Below are positions 12,318-24,490 of a stretch of 64,000 bases of DNA, piece by piece. The stretch is from Eledone cirrhosa (taxonomy: Eukaryota). The stretch covers positions 350,362,001-350,426,000 of the forward strand of contig OZ024743.1 of assembly GCA_964016885.1 (NCBI GenBank), written 5' to 3'. How positions within the stretch are numbered: position 1 is the stretch's first letter; every line of letters starts with the position of its first letter. The notes under the pieces were generated by a model. That model was not told the origin of the DNA. It saw nothing but the letters and a program-made list of their open reading frames with translations, and did no database searches. The translations under genes and the position numbers were made by a program.

Positions 12318-12558
12318 ATTAAAGGTGGAAAACTGGGAGAGGGCACTTGCCCTGGTGGTCAGGGCCACTGTGGTCTTTTAATGGGCTTTCTCCACAAATG
12401 TCCCTTGGAAGTCTCCCCCCTATTGGGGAATTTTTCTTTGTTATTTTATTTCAACCTCTGTTTTTTTACACGCAGAAATGCCCATTTGTACCGTCCTGCA
12501 TTGTCCTGCACTGTCCTTAATGTCTACTTTATGTAAACCCTTGTGGTTAATAAAGAAA

Positions 12559-12560
<2 letters not shown>

Positions 12561-12610
<50 letters not shown>
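12561..12610. repeat. (TTA)n tract between Tx1 A1 and Tx1 C
   Basis: Direct reading. Confidence 0.98.
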
Positions 12611-15600
12611 GTGCTGAATCTCTCGAGACGGTTGTAACTACGATGGAGTAAGTCAGTTGAATTTTATGAACTTATCGAAAGTTCTATAAAGTAATTTTTA
12701 CGGTGTCTAGTTAAAGAACCCCTCTTTCAAAGGAGGTGGGTTTTTTAACTGTATCTCTCGCCCTTAAGGGCTGAATTTGTATTTATTTACAATCGTAGCA
12801 ATTACGAAAAAAAACTCCCCTACGTTAGAAAGATCAGACACCACCGCCACCCCAATAACAACAGTAACAACAGCAACATCCATAAAGAACCCAGGGAGCA
12901 GCAACAACTGTAACAGCAGCAACACAGATAAAAACACCAACAACAACAACAGCAACAAAGGCAAGACTAGCGATGAGTCAGCACAGCAAATCACAACAAA
13001 CACATCTGTCGCTAAAACCACGAAAATGTTGAACAGGTACACATCACCAATGAGGATAAAACAAGCCAAGATCCTGTTTAAAAAGACCGGACACAGGGTA
13101 AGTCTCACCCGCCCAGCTAATATAATAAAAAACAAGCTTTTGTGTTCAGTCAGTTATCGCGCAATCGGAATAAAATCGCACCGAGTCGAACGGGCAACGG
13201 AGTCACAGGTACAAAGTGCTATGGGTGCCGTCTGGGCACAGAAAACATACATAGCCCGGGGATCGAGGCATGACACTGTGGATGTGCTCTTCGCTACACC
13301 GGAAGAAGTCAGAGCACACTCCATTTCGCCACTCTGCAGTGACGAAATAATAATTGTTTCTACTTTAGACCCAAAACCAGCAATTACCCAGTGCATTACT
13401 GGTACTTTATTTTATCGACTCCGTAAGGATGAAAGGCCTACATACTGCGGCCAGAGAGTCGTGAGGGTTCGAATAACCCAGGTTCCACCCTCAGTGGAGA
13501 TGGTGTGGTTGACGGCGGCCGTCCTCGTTGACGTTGAGGATTCAACAACTATACTCAATGTCATGTGAATAAGACAGGAGAATTGGACAGGGTCCGGGAG
13601 GGAGATAATCATCCAAGCAAACCATGAGAGCATTGAGGCCATGCCCGATGTAATAGACCTGGACGATGGCATCCGTGACTGTCGAAGATAGGCGCCCAAG
13701 GTGTCATGGATGCGGTAACAAGACGCACCTTAAGGTCTTCTGCCCCAAACTCACCAAAACGGGCACGCGTCCACCCCTTCTGCTCACGCCGTGCCCTGCG
13801 ATTGGAGTGGACAAACCAACCAATACCACAGTGGTAGAAGAAAAATCACTATCCCCAACAACAAAAGCACCATCTCTTCCACTACCATCAGAACCAATGG
13901 AGAGCATACCCCTTCCCGATATTGCTAAATCGGACAAGGAGTGCGATGAGGCCAAAGAATAGAAAACGATCCGAGCAAATAAAAAAGGAAGAACTCCCTA
14001 CCTCAAAAGAAAAAGAGGATGAACGCCCTCAAAAGAAAAAGAGGAAGAAAGAACCCCCCAAAAAGAAAATTAAAACGATCCCACCTCCTCCACCACCATC
14101 AACCGCCACACCCCCACAACCACCTACACCATCACCACCACAACCACCAACACCACCAACACCACTAACACCACCAATACCACCACCGCCACCATTAGCA
14201 TCTACCCCATCGTCACCTTCAACAACACCACAGCAAACACAGAAAGCACCAACACCCCAACAGTAGACACAATACACAGCCATAGACACAGACAAAGCTT
14301 TTAAATTACATTCAACATCACACCAACATCACAGAAATAAACTACAGTCCACCAAAATTGCACACACACAGACCCCCCCCCCCACACACACACACACACA
14401 CGCACACATAAAAATAATAGAAATCACACAAAAAGATTACATGACATTAAAAAAAATGTTCCCCACATCAATTGGAGACTACCGAGGGAACATCACCAAA
14501 AAAATATTCACGGACATTCTCGTGGAGAAACCCGCCACTGGTTGGAGGGATGGATCACCCACCCACTTCCTAAAAAAGATCCACAGGTAATTTGTTGTAC
14601 TTTTCCTCTCTCACTTGTTTTCCTCCTATCCTAGCCAACATGGCTTCTCTCAGAATAGGTAGCATAAATTCACGTGGCCTGGGGTCGTCTTGGAAGCAGG
14701 GCTAACTGCAGAACGATCTCAGGTCGCTAAACATAGATGTGGTGGCCATCAGCGAGACCAGAATCTCCGACGCACGGGCATTCGCACCCATTTTCGGCGG
14801 CTACGAGGTGTACACATCTGGGGTGGGTGGGGTGTAGTGCCTAGGTTGTTCCGGAGAAGTTGGGATCTCGAGATACGGGCCGTCGTCTTGGACCCAGAAG
14901 GTAAGTTGGTGGTGCTGCATGTGACCAGCGGAGAAGGACAAGCTTTCAGGCTAGTGGACGTTTATGTCCCAACAGGAGCAGGACGGCCTGACTTCTTCTG
15001 GCGTCTGGAGACCTTTCTTGGAACGTGGCGCTCTTTAGTGTTAGTGGGCAACTGGAACGGGGTCTTAGATGAACGCTGGGATTGTGTGGGATTAGCGGAT
15101 AGGGGAGGGGGGTGTAAAAGTCTCACAAACCTGCTCAGACGTTTTCAACTGTCTGACAGGTACCGAATGGATTTAACGAATGTGCCAATGTAGACATGGA
15201 CAAACCGCATCGGGTCATCCAGATCATATCTAGATAGGGTATGTTGTAGGGGAATAGATAGGTCTAGCGTAGGCTGTCCACAATTCAAGATAGTCGACTA
15301 CACAGACCACACATTCGTGATCTGTGTGGTTGACTTAGATATGCTTCGTAGACAGGGACCCGGCTACTGCAAACTAAAAATGCAGTTAACAGCGCGCAAA
15401 GCTTACAGAGACCGGATTAGCGAATTAGTTAAGCTGGCTTTGACGGGGGCCATCGTCAACAACAAATGGTGGTTAGCCCTGAAAAGAGCGATTAGTATAT
15501 AGTCCATTAGGTTTAGTGAAGCGTGTGTAATAGAGAAAAATAGAGCAGAGGGAGATATAGTTAGCAAATTAGACGAGGCGCTTAGTAAAGGCATCGCGAC

Positions 15601-18033
15601 CGATGTGCTTGCGGCGAAATTGGCTCTCGGCCAATTTTTCAACGCAAAGCACGAAGGCTGCGTTGTCAGAGCTAGGGTCCGTGCTCCCAGACACGAAGGA
15701 ACCAAAGCCGTTCAATGGACCCGAGTGTCAGAGGCGCATCGTGGCAACAAAGCCACGATCCGGTCTTTGGCGGACCACGACGGGGAATGATACTCCATCC
15801 TGGGCAGATGTGTGCGGCTTTTCAGCAGCACTTTTCTCAGGTGTTCGGGGTGCGGCGGGCCGGATCGAGGGATGGACTTTAGTGCTTACCTTGACGGACT
15901 GCCGCGGCTCTCGGCTACTGAGGCTGAGTGTTGCGAAAGGCCGATAACAGCCGCTGAAGTACGGGAGGCAATGACTAGCTTCACAATGGTTTAGATGGTC
16001 TGCCCTACGAACTTTACGTACATATGCCAGACATGTTAGAAGACTTCTTGACGGACGTCTACTGTAACTGGCAGCAGAACGGGAGAATTCCCGAGGATGG
16101 GTGGCGCTGCTGAGAAAGGATCCAAACGAGGAGGATAACAGGTAATTTCAGGCCCATAACTCTGCTAAACACAGACTTCATGATTTTGACTAAGGTGCTA
16201 GCAAAGAGGTTGGCGCTTGTCGTTGGTGGTCTGGTGGGAGAGGCACGAAAATACGCAATTCCAGACAGATCCATCCACGATAACCTCCATCTCATGCGAT
16301 ACATCGTAGAGAGGGTAGCTAGGGAACCTGGTACGGTGAGTCCTTGATCAATTTAGATCAGTCGAAAGCTTTCGATAGCGTCCACCATCGTTATCTGGCG
16401 GCAGTCCTGAGAGCAACTGGCTTTGGACATGTCTTCAGAGGCTGGATTGCTGCCATGCACAGCGACATCTACTCTGTGGTGAGAGTGAACGGTCACCTTT
16501 CGGAAACGTTCAACATCATGCACTCGGTTCACCAAGGATGTCCTCTCTCTCGTCCCTGTTTTGTACGTATTGACTCTCGAGCCATTACTGCCCAAACTGG
16601 AGACGTTGACACGAGGATGGGGAAGAACCGTGTCAGCATATGCAGACGATGTCACCGTAGTGGTGTCGCACGCCAAACACACCGAGGCGTTCTACACCAC
16701 ACTAAGAGAATATGAGGTGGTGACAGGAACAATGATCAACCAGGAAAAGTCACTAGGCCTGCAACTCGGCACCTGGAGAGGCAGGTCCATGCCGTCCAAC
16801 AGCGTCGTCGGGCGCTGGTTAAGACCGGTTAAATTGCTAGAGGTCTGGTTCGATCCGGACCTCCAGACGGACAAAAACTGGGAGGAGGTGACGTGCAAGG
16901 TGGCTTCTCTCACCCAGAAATGGGCCGAGAGGAAGCTATCCCTGAAAGGTCGAGCGGAGGTGGCGAACGGGTCCGTCATCTACTACCACCTGACCGTCGT
17001 AACTTGTCCTAAGCTTCGCCTGACTGCGCCGGAGCGTTTTCTCTTTTGCTTTTCGTGGAAGGTGACGTGCTCCGATGCTCAGGCAGTCCATCTGCTGTCA
17101 ACACCCACTACGCGGAGGGCTGGGCATGTCGTGGCTGATGATGCTCAGGCTACGACATCTCCACCTCTTCCTCGACGGTGATCAGGGGAAGTCGCCCTTT
17201 GCTAGACTCATTTTTCCCCAGCTAGTCTCCTTGACGGAGCTGCAGTCCTGGGTCAAGCGAAGACCGAGAGGAAGCGCTTGGAGAGTGGAATGTCTTCAGG
17301 CGCTTACAGCCCTCGACCAGTCAAGCAATATAATCGATGGAAACACCACCTTGGCGTTCTATAGAGGATTAGTGGAGGGAAAGAGCAACGACGTCCCTGG
17401 GGAGACTCTAGGCGTCGACGAAAACCAACTAGCCAGTCTCTTCGGGATGTTCGATGTTCGACATCTGCTGTCACGTGTAGAACGGATACGGCTATCAGCT
17501 GAGTTCATCGTGAGAATTGCCCCGCCGCTTTCCTTTAGCCGGGAAGGGCAGGCAGTTTTTATCTGCCTGGTGGCTATGGTAAAAGAGATCGTATGGTGGA
17601 CACGTCTGATAGGGTTGAAGACGGGTACCTTCCTCTTCGGTGACGCTCTCATTAACTTTTTCAGGTTTCACCTGAAAATAAAATTCAGGGTGGAGACGGA
17701 AGTGCTGCCTTCCAGCCAGTTTGTTTAAAGATGGGTGAAGAGACAAGAATGGCCAGTGTGAATGGGCTGACCCTGAGCGTGTGCCTCTAGCATCGTAGGA
17801 GGAAAGCTGGAAGAGGGCACTTGCCCTAGCGGTCAGGGTAACCGTGGCTTTTTTGTGGGCTTTCTCCACGAGCGACCCTCAGAAGACTCCCCCCTATTGA
17901 GGAATTTTTCATTGTTTCTTTTGTTGTCACATACTTTATTTTTGTTTTTTGCACGCAGAAATTCCCATTTGTACCGTCCTGTGTTGTCCTTAAAGTTATA
18001 CTTTTTGTCAACCCTTATGGTCAATAAAGAAAA

Positions 18034-18034
<1 letters not shown>
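12611..18034 (+). mobile_element. Tx1/L1-like element, variant C (different 5' UTR, diverged ORF1, decayed ORF2)
   Basis: ORF1 relic with knuckle CHGCGNKTHLKVFC. ORF2 from ATG 14640 is highly similar to variant A. AATAAA at 18023, then (TTA)n. Confidence 0.92.
13351..13437 (-). mobile_element. SINE 3' fragment inserted antisense in ORF1 of Tx1 C
   Basis: Reverse complement reads GCCTTTCATCCTTACGGAGTCGATAAAATAAAGTACCAGT...AAAGTAGAAACAATTA, matching the SINE at 24286. Confidence 0.9.

Positions 18035-18083
<49 letters not shown>
18035..18083. repeat. (TTA)n tract
   Basis: Direct reading. Confidence 0.98.
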
Positions 18084-18084
<1 letters not shown>

Positions 18085-18250
18085 AGTTGCATTTATCTTG
18101 CTTTATGTTCATACGAGTTATCACCAAGTCACAACCAGTGACCTCAAGAGACAACAAGGTCCGCCATGATCAAGAAAGAACATACACACTCACACATGCA
18201 TCTTTAGTGTTTAGACTTGTGATGTACTTATATTGACAGAATCTTCCTTA
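18084..18250 (-). mobile_element. Severely 5'-truncated Dong-like copy (3' UTR plus last codons)
   Basis: Matches 25695-25860 and 2515-2678. Confidence 0.95.
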
Positions 18251-18262
18251 ACTTATTATAAC

Positions 18263-18318
<56 letters not shown>
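18263..18318. repeat. (TTA)n tract
   Basis: Direct reading. Confidence 0.98.
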
Positions 18319-21300
18319 GGCGACCTACGTAGTAAATCGTATCATCGTGAGCTCCGCAAAGGTTTGTTATTTCCGTTTGTTAAAAATTGCCATTTATGGA
18401 AAATTTTATTGTTAACTGTTTATAAGCACACATACATTGTTTTCCGAAAAGGACACCCAAAAAGATTGGGGCCTTGTGCCCAAAATTTTAACTTTTATTA
18501 TTATCCAAAAATTTCTTTGAAAAAAAATGGCTAATTCCCCTCTGCACGAAGCAGCTGAAAGCCTTCCTCACAAATAACACCTCACACCGACACCACCATT
18601 GTAAATGTTACTACGTTTGCCAACACAAAAAAAAATATAAACAGTAGCAATATTTTAAATTTGTCTCAGGCAGACATTCATTTCCCGCCATTACCAATGA
18701 CTGCAGGTGTTAAAGCCCCCCCCCCCCCCCCCCCCACCGCGACAACTCCCCCCCCACCACCACCACCGCGACAACAGAAACAAAAGAAGAAAAAAATAAA
18801 TTAACTCGTGATGTCGAAATGAAACCAAGCAAAATGGACTCTTCCGCACCAAAGACGACTGACGTCACCACCACCACAACTGAAACTAAAATTAAGATTA
18901 ACACAAATAACGATAGCAACAACAACAACAATGACATTATAAAACCGACCCTCAGTTTCGCCATCGTAGCAAAACAATTCGAAGCGTTCACGGTAACTCA
19001 AGAGGATTTAGAAAATGCCAAACAAATGGTAAAGAAAGATGGGTACAGGGTCAGCCCCCCCCCCCCCCCACCCACCCCCACCTAATAAAATGGAGCATCG
19101 GCGCCTATGCACCGTGTCGTATAGAACAATAAATGTAAAATCGCGCCGAGTGGAACGGGCATCCGAGTCCCAAATCCAAAAAGCTTTGGGACATGTGTGG
19201 GCAAGAAAAACCCGCATCAGACGTGGGCAAAAGTATGGAACCGTGGATGTGTTCTTTGAAACACCAGAGGAGGCTAGAGAACACTCCATGGCCCCATTAA
19301 TTAGTGACAACTTCACACTCGTCCCAAGCTATTGTGGCCAGAGACTCGTAAAGATCAGGGTGACCCACGTTCCACCGGCCATCGAAATTCCCTGGCTAAT
19401 AGCGGCTGTCCTCGCCGGCATCGAAGCCAACACGAAAATAATAGCAATAGCAAAAGAAAAGCAGGAAAACTGGTCCGGATCTGGGATGGAGCTCCTGATC
19501 CAAGCGGACCAAAAAAGCATTGAGGAGATCCCAGAGGTAATAGACCTCACTGACGGCAGCCACCTCACGGTAATTGTCGAGGGCAGAAGACCTAGGTGTG
19601 TCGTTTGTGGTGAAGGAACCCACCTAAGGGCTTTCTGCCCTCAGGCTAAAAGGTTGAGGCCACCTCTCCTACCCACCCCAGTGACACAACCATCAACACC
19701 ACCAGTAGCAGAGATGGCAGCAACAACTGTAGCAGCAACAACAGAAGCAACTATAGCAGCAACAACCCCAGCAACAGTAGCAAAACCAACACCACTACCA
19801 CCACCAGCAAAACCAACACCACCACCACCCAACGCTTCAGAACTAGCACCAGCGCCTACACCATCCACCACACCACAACCAAAACTAACGGCTGTGGAGG
19901 ATTTTCCACTCCCCGGCCTATCACAACTGGAGACAGATTGTGACGACGAGGAGTGGGAAACGATATCCGGAAAAAAAAAAAAAAAAAAGAATCCAAAAAG
20001 AAAAAATTCTCTTCCTTCCCCCTCCAAAAACAAAATACAGATGGAAACAAATAAACTAAGAAACAAAAAAGTTAGGACAGATATGCCACCATCCACACCA
20101 GCATCACCAACCCCATCAACCCAAACACCAACACCATCACCATCATTAACTCCAACACCACCATCACCTACACCACAAAAGTCACCAAAATGCGAAACAG
20201 AAACAAACCCACAACAAACGCAAACAAAACAAAACAACCAAAACGATACACACTACACAGCATTAAATTTGAACAACAAGCAATTATTACACTACATCCA
20301 ACACAACACCAGCATCACAGAAAAAGACTACACAACAACCCCAAAATTCACACCACCTCCACACATACAAATCACTCGCATCACACAGAAAACGTACATG
20401 ACACTAAAACAAAAATTCCCCAAAGACATCGGAGACTTCCGACAAGCACTCTCCAGGAGGATTTATAAGGACATCCTTCCTGAGGAGGCCACAAGCAGTG
20501 AAAAGGATGGAAAAACCGTCCTTCCCCTACGAGAAGTAAGGTAAGTGGTCTTTCCCATCTTTTCCACTCCTTTTCAACATGACCTCACTCAGAATAGGCA
20601 GCATAAATGCGCGTGGCTTGGGGTCGTCATGGAAGCAGGGCCACCTGCTCAACGACCTCAGGTCACTAAACATAGATGTAGTGGCCATCAGCGAGACCAG
20701 AATCTCCGAAGCACAGGCTTTCGCACCGATCTTCGGCGGCTACGATGTGTACGCATCTCCCAGCCGTCCGGGATCGGGGGGAGGAGTTGCTGTGCTTTTT
20801 CGGAGAGGTTTGGATCTTGCCATACGGGCCATCTTCCTGGACCCAGAAGGTAAGTTGGTGGTGCTGGACGTGACCAGCGGAGACGGGCAAGCTTTCAGGT
20901 TAGTGGCCGTCTATGCCCCGACAGGAGCAGGGCGGCCTGATTTCTTCCGGCGTCTGGAGACCTTTCTTGGAACGTCCCGCTCTTTAGTGTTAGTGGGCGA
21001 CTGGAACGGGATCTTAGATGCACGCTGGGATTGTGTGGGATTAGTGGATAGGGAAGGAGGGTGCAAGAGTCTCACCAACCTGCTCAGACGTTTTGAACTG
21101 TCTGACAGGTACCGAATGGATTTCCCGAATGTACCAATGTGGACTTGGACAAATCGCATAGGGTCATCCAGATCATATCTAGATAGAGTATTTTGTAGGG
21201 AAATAGATAGGTCTAGCATAGGCTGTCCACAATTCAAGATAGTCAGCTACACGGACCACAAATTCGTGATCTGTGTGCTTGACTTAGATGGGCTTCATAG

Positions 21301-24239
21301 GCGAGGAGCCGGCTACTGGAAGCTAAACGCGTCCTTACCAGCGCGCAAGGCCTACAGAGACCGGATTAGCGAACTAGTTAAGCGGGCGTTGACGGGGGCC
21401 ATCGTTAACAACAAGTGGTGGTTTGCTCTGAAAAGAGCAATTAGAATAGAGTCCATTAGGTTTAGTAAGACTTTAGCAATAGAGAAAAATAGAGCAGAGG
21501 GAGAACTAGTTAGAAAATTAGATGAGGCGCTTAGCAAAGGCATCGCGACCGACGTACTTGCGGCGAAATTGGCCCTTGACCAATTCTTCAATGCAAAGCA
21601 CGAAGACTGCGTTGTCAGAGCTAGGGTGCGTGCTCTCAGACACGAGGGGACGAAAGCCGTTCAATGGGCCCGAGTGGCGGAGGCGCGTCGTGGCAACTAA
21701 GCCACGATCCGGTCTTTGGTGGACCACGACGGGCGCATGCTACTCGATCCCGGGCAAATGTGTGAAGCTTTTCAGCGACACTTCGCTCAACTGTTCGGTG
21801 GCAGTGGCGGGCCGGATCGAGGGATGGACTTTAGTGTCTACCTCGACGGACTGCCGCGGCTTTCAGCCACTGAGGCGGAGTGTTGCGAAAAGCCGATAAC
21901 AACCGCTGAAGTACGGGATGCAATGACTAGTTGCACAAGGGGTAAATCGCCTGGTTTGGATGGTCTGCCCTATGAACATTACGTACAAATGCCAAACTTG
22001 TTCGGAGGCCTCTTGGCGGACGTCTACTGCAACTGGCAACAGAACGGGAGAATTCCCAGCTCTGTGAGCCGAGGAGCGGTAGCGCTGCTGAGAAAGGATC
22101 CGAACAAGGGGGATAACATAGATAATTTTAGGCCCATAACTCTGCTAAACACAGAGTTCAAGATTTTGGCCAAGGTGCTAGCAAAGAGGTTGGCGCTTGT
22201 CGTTGGTGGTCTGGTGGGAGAGGCACAGACATGCGCCATTCCCGACAGATCCATCCACGACAACCTCCACCTCATGCGATACATCGTAGAGAGGGTAGCT
22301 AGGGAACCTGGCACGGGTGGGTCTTTGATCAATTTAGATCAGTCGAAAGCTTTCGATAGGGTCGACCATCGTTACCTAGCGGCAGTCCTGAGGGCGGCTG
22401 GCTTTGGGCCCGTCTTCAGAGGCTGGATCGCTGCCATGCACAGCGACATCTGCTCTGTAGTGAGAGTGAACGGTCACCTTTCGGAACCGTTCAACATCAT
22501 GCGCTCGGTCCGCCAAGGATGTCCCCTCTCGTCCCTATTGTACGTATTGACTCTCGAGCCATTACTGCACAAACTGGAGACGTTGAGGGGGGGGGGGCGA
22601 ACTAGGATGCGGAAGATCCGTGTCAGCATATGCCGACGATGTCACCGTAGTGGTGTCGAACGCCAAACACATGGAGGCGATCGGCACTACACTAAGAGAA
22701 TACGAAGCGGTGACAGGAGCAATGATCAACCAGGAAAAGTCAGTGGGCCTGCAGCTCGGCACGTAGAGAGGCAGGTCCATGCCGTCCAACAGCGTCGTCG
22801 GGTGTTGGACGGACGGACCGGTTAAATTGCTAGGGGTCTGGTTCGGTCCAGACCTCCAGACGGACAAAAACTGGGACGAGGTGACGAGAAGGGTGGCTTC
22901 TCTCACCCAGAAATGGGCCGAGAGGAAGCTATCCCTGAAAGGTCGAGCGGAGGTGGCGAATGCGTACATCGCATCCGTCATCTACTACCTCCTGACCGTC
23001 GTACCTTGTCCTAAGCCCCGCCTGACTGCGCTGGAGCGTTTGCTCTTTCGCTTCTTGTGGAAGGGACGCGCTCCGATGGTCAGGCGGTCCATCTGCTGTC
23101 AACACCCGCTACGTGGAGGGCTGGGCATGCCGTGGCTGATGATGCGCAGACACGCGCTCAGGCTACGACATCTCCACCTCTTCCTCGACGGTGATCAGGT
23201 GTGGTCGCCGTTTGCTAGACACGTTTTTCCCCAGCTCGTCTCCTTGACGGAACTGCAGTCCTGGGTCAAGCGAAGACCGAGAGGGAGCGCTTGGAGGCTG
23301 GAATGTCTTCAGGCGCTCACAGCCCTCGACCAATCGGGCAATGTGATCGGTGGAAACTCCACCTTGGCGTTCTATAGGAGATTAGTGGAGGGGAAGAGCG
23401 ACGACGTACTTGGAGAAACTCTAGGCGTCGACGAAAATCAACTAGCCAATCTCTTCGGAAGGACTTTCGGGCCGGGGCCTATGGACAACTTCCAGAAATC
23501 CCTGGCCTGGCAGTGCTACCGAGGAGCTTTGCCAGTTCGGGATAAACTCTACAGGCATGGAGGTGCCGTCAGCCGGGCATGTCCGAGATGCGCACAGGGC
23601 GACGAAACCGTCCTGCACGCACTCGTCCAGTGTCCGAGCATTACTGACTTGTGGGTTTATGTCGAACACCTGCTGTCACGTGTAGGACGGATCCAGCTAT
23701 CAGCTGAGTCCATCGTGAGGATTGCCCCGCCCCCTTCCTTTAGCCGGGAAGGGCAGGCAGTTTTTATCTGTCTGGTGGCCATGGCGAAAGAGATAGTATG
23801 GTGGACACGTTTGAAAGGGCTGAAGACGAGCACTTACCTCTTCGGTGATGCCCTGATTAACTTTTTCAAATTTCATTTGAAAAGGAAAATCAGGGTAGAG
23901 AGGGAAGTGCTCTCTTCCCAGCATTTTGTTGAAAGATGGGTGAGAGATGCAAGTATGGCCCGAATTAATGGGCCTTCTCTGAGTATGTGTCTGTAAATTA
24001 AACGTGGAAAACTGGGAGAGGGCACTTGCCCTGGTGGTCAGGGCCACTGTGGTCTTTTAATGGGCTTTCTCCACAAATGTCCCTCGGAAGTCTCCCCCCT
24101 ATTGGGGAATTTTTCTTTGTTATTTTATTTCATCCTCTGTTTTTTTTACACGCAGAAATGCCCATTTGTACCGTCCTGTATTGTCCTGTACTGTCCTTAA
24201 TGTCTACTTTATGTGAACCCTCGTGGTTAATAAAGAAAA

Positions 24240-24240
<1 letters not shown>
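18319..24240 (+). mobile_element. Tx1/L1-like element, variant A, copy A2 (full length)
   Basis: Near-identical to A1. ORF1 ~18527-20544 carries homopolymer frameshifts. ORF2 20579-23996 has stops at ~21698 and ~22764 and a poly-G frameshift at ~22590. Confidence 0.95.
20579..23996 (+). pseudogene. Tx1-like ORF2 of copy A2 (APE domain open, RT interrupted)
   Basis: Pieces of 373, 369 and 405 aa with APE, RT and CCHC motifs. Confidence 0.92.

Positions 24241-24284
<44 letters not shown>
24241..24284. repeat. (TTA)n tract
   Basis: Direct reading. Confidence 0.98.
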
Positions 24285-24285
<1 letters not shown>

Positions 24286-24490
24286 GGGCGGTGGATTGGC
24301 AGTATCGGTAGAGGCTCGGACGCCATGCTTTGCAGCAAAGAGTTACGGCCCTTTATGGTCTGAGTTCAAATCCCGCCGAAGTTAACTTTGGCTTTCATCC
24401 TTACAGGGTCGATAAAATAAAGTACCAGTAATGCACTGGATAATTATTGGCCTTGTGCTAAAAGTAGAAACAATTATTATTATTATTATT
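24286..24490 (+). mobile_element. tRNA-derived SINE with (TTA)n tail
   Basis: A-box-like TGGCAGTATCGG, B-box GAGTTCAAATCC and central TTTCATCCTT..GGGTCGATAAAATAAAGTACCAG. At least six related copies in the window. Confidence 0.9.

Larger units (their letters stand above)
6683..12560 (+). mobile_element. Tx1/L1-like element, variant A, copy A1 (full length, ~5.9 kb)
   Basis: 5' end GGCGACCTACGTAG is shared with 18319, 49275 and 55069. ORF1 + ORF2, AATAAA at 12549, (TTA)n on both sides. Confidence 0.95.

Noticed and set aside
7044-12368. Recurrent antisense and alternate-frame ORFs in Tx1 copies (also 5947-6300 in Dong)
   Set aside because: They recur only because the copies are near-identical. 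They have no motifs and follow from biased composition.
18715-19080. Programmed frameshifting at poly-C/poly-G runs in A2
   Set aside because: Run lengths differ between copies, so slippage or sequencing error is more likely.
24286-24380. tRNA gene
   Set aside because: A and B boxes are present but there is no cloverleaf. It is a SINE head.
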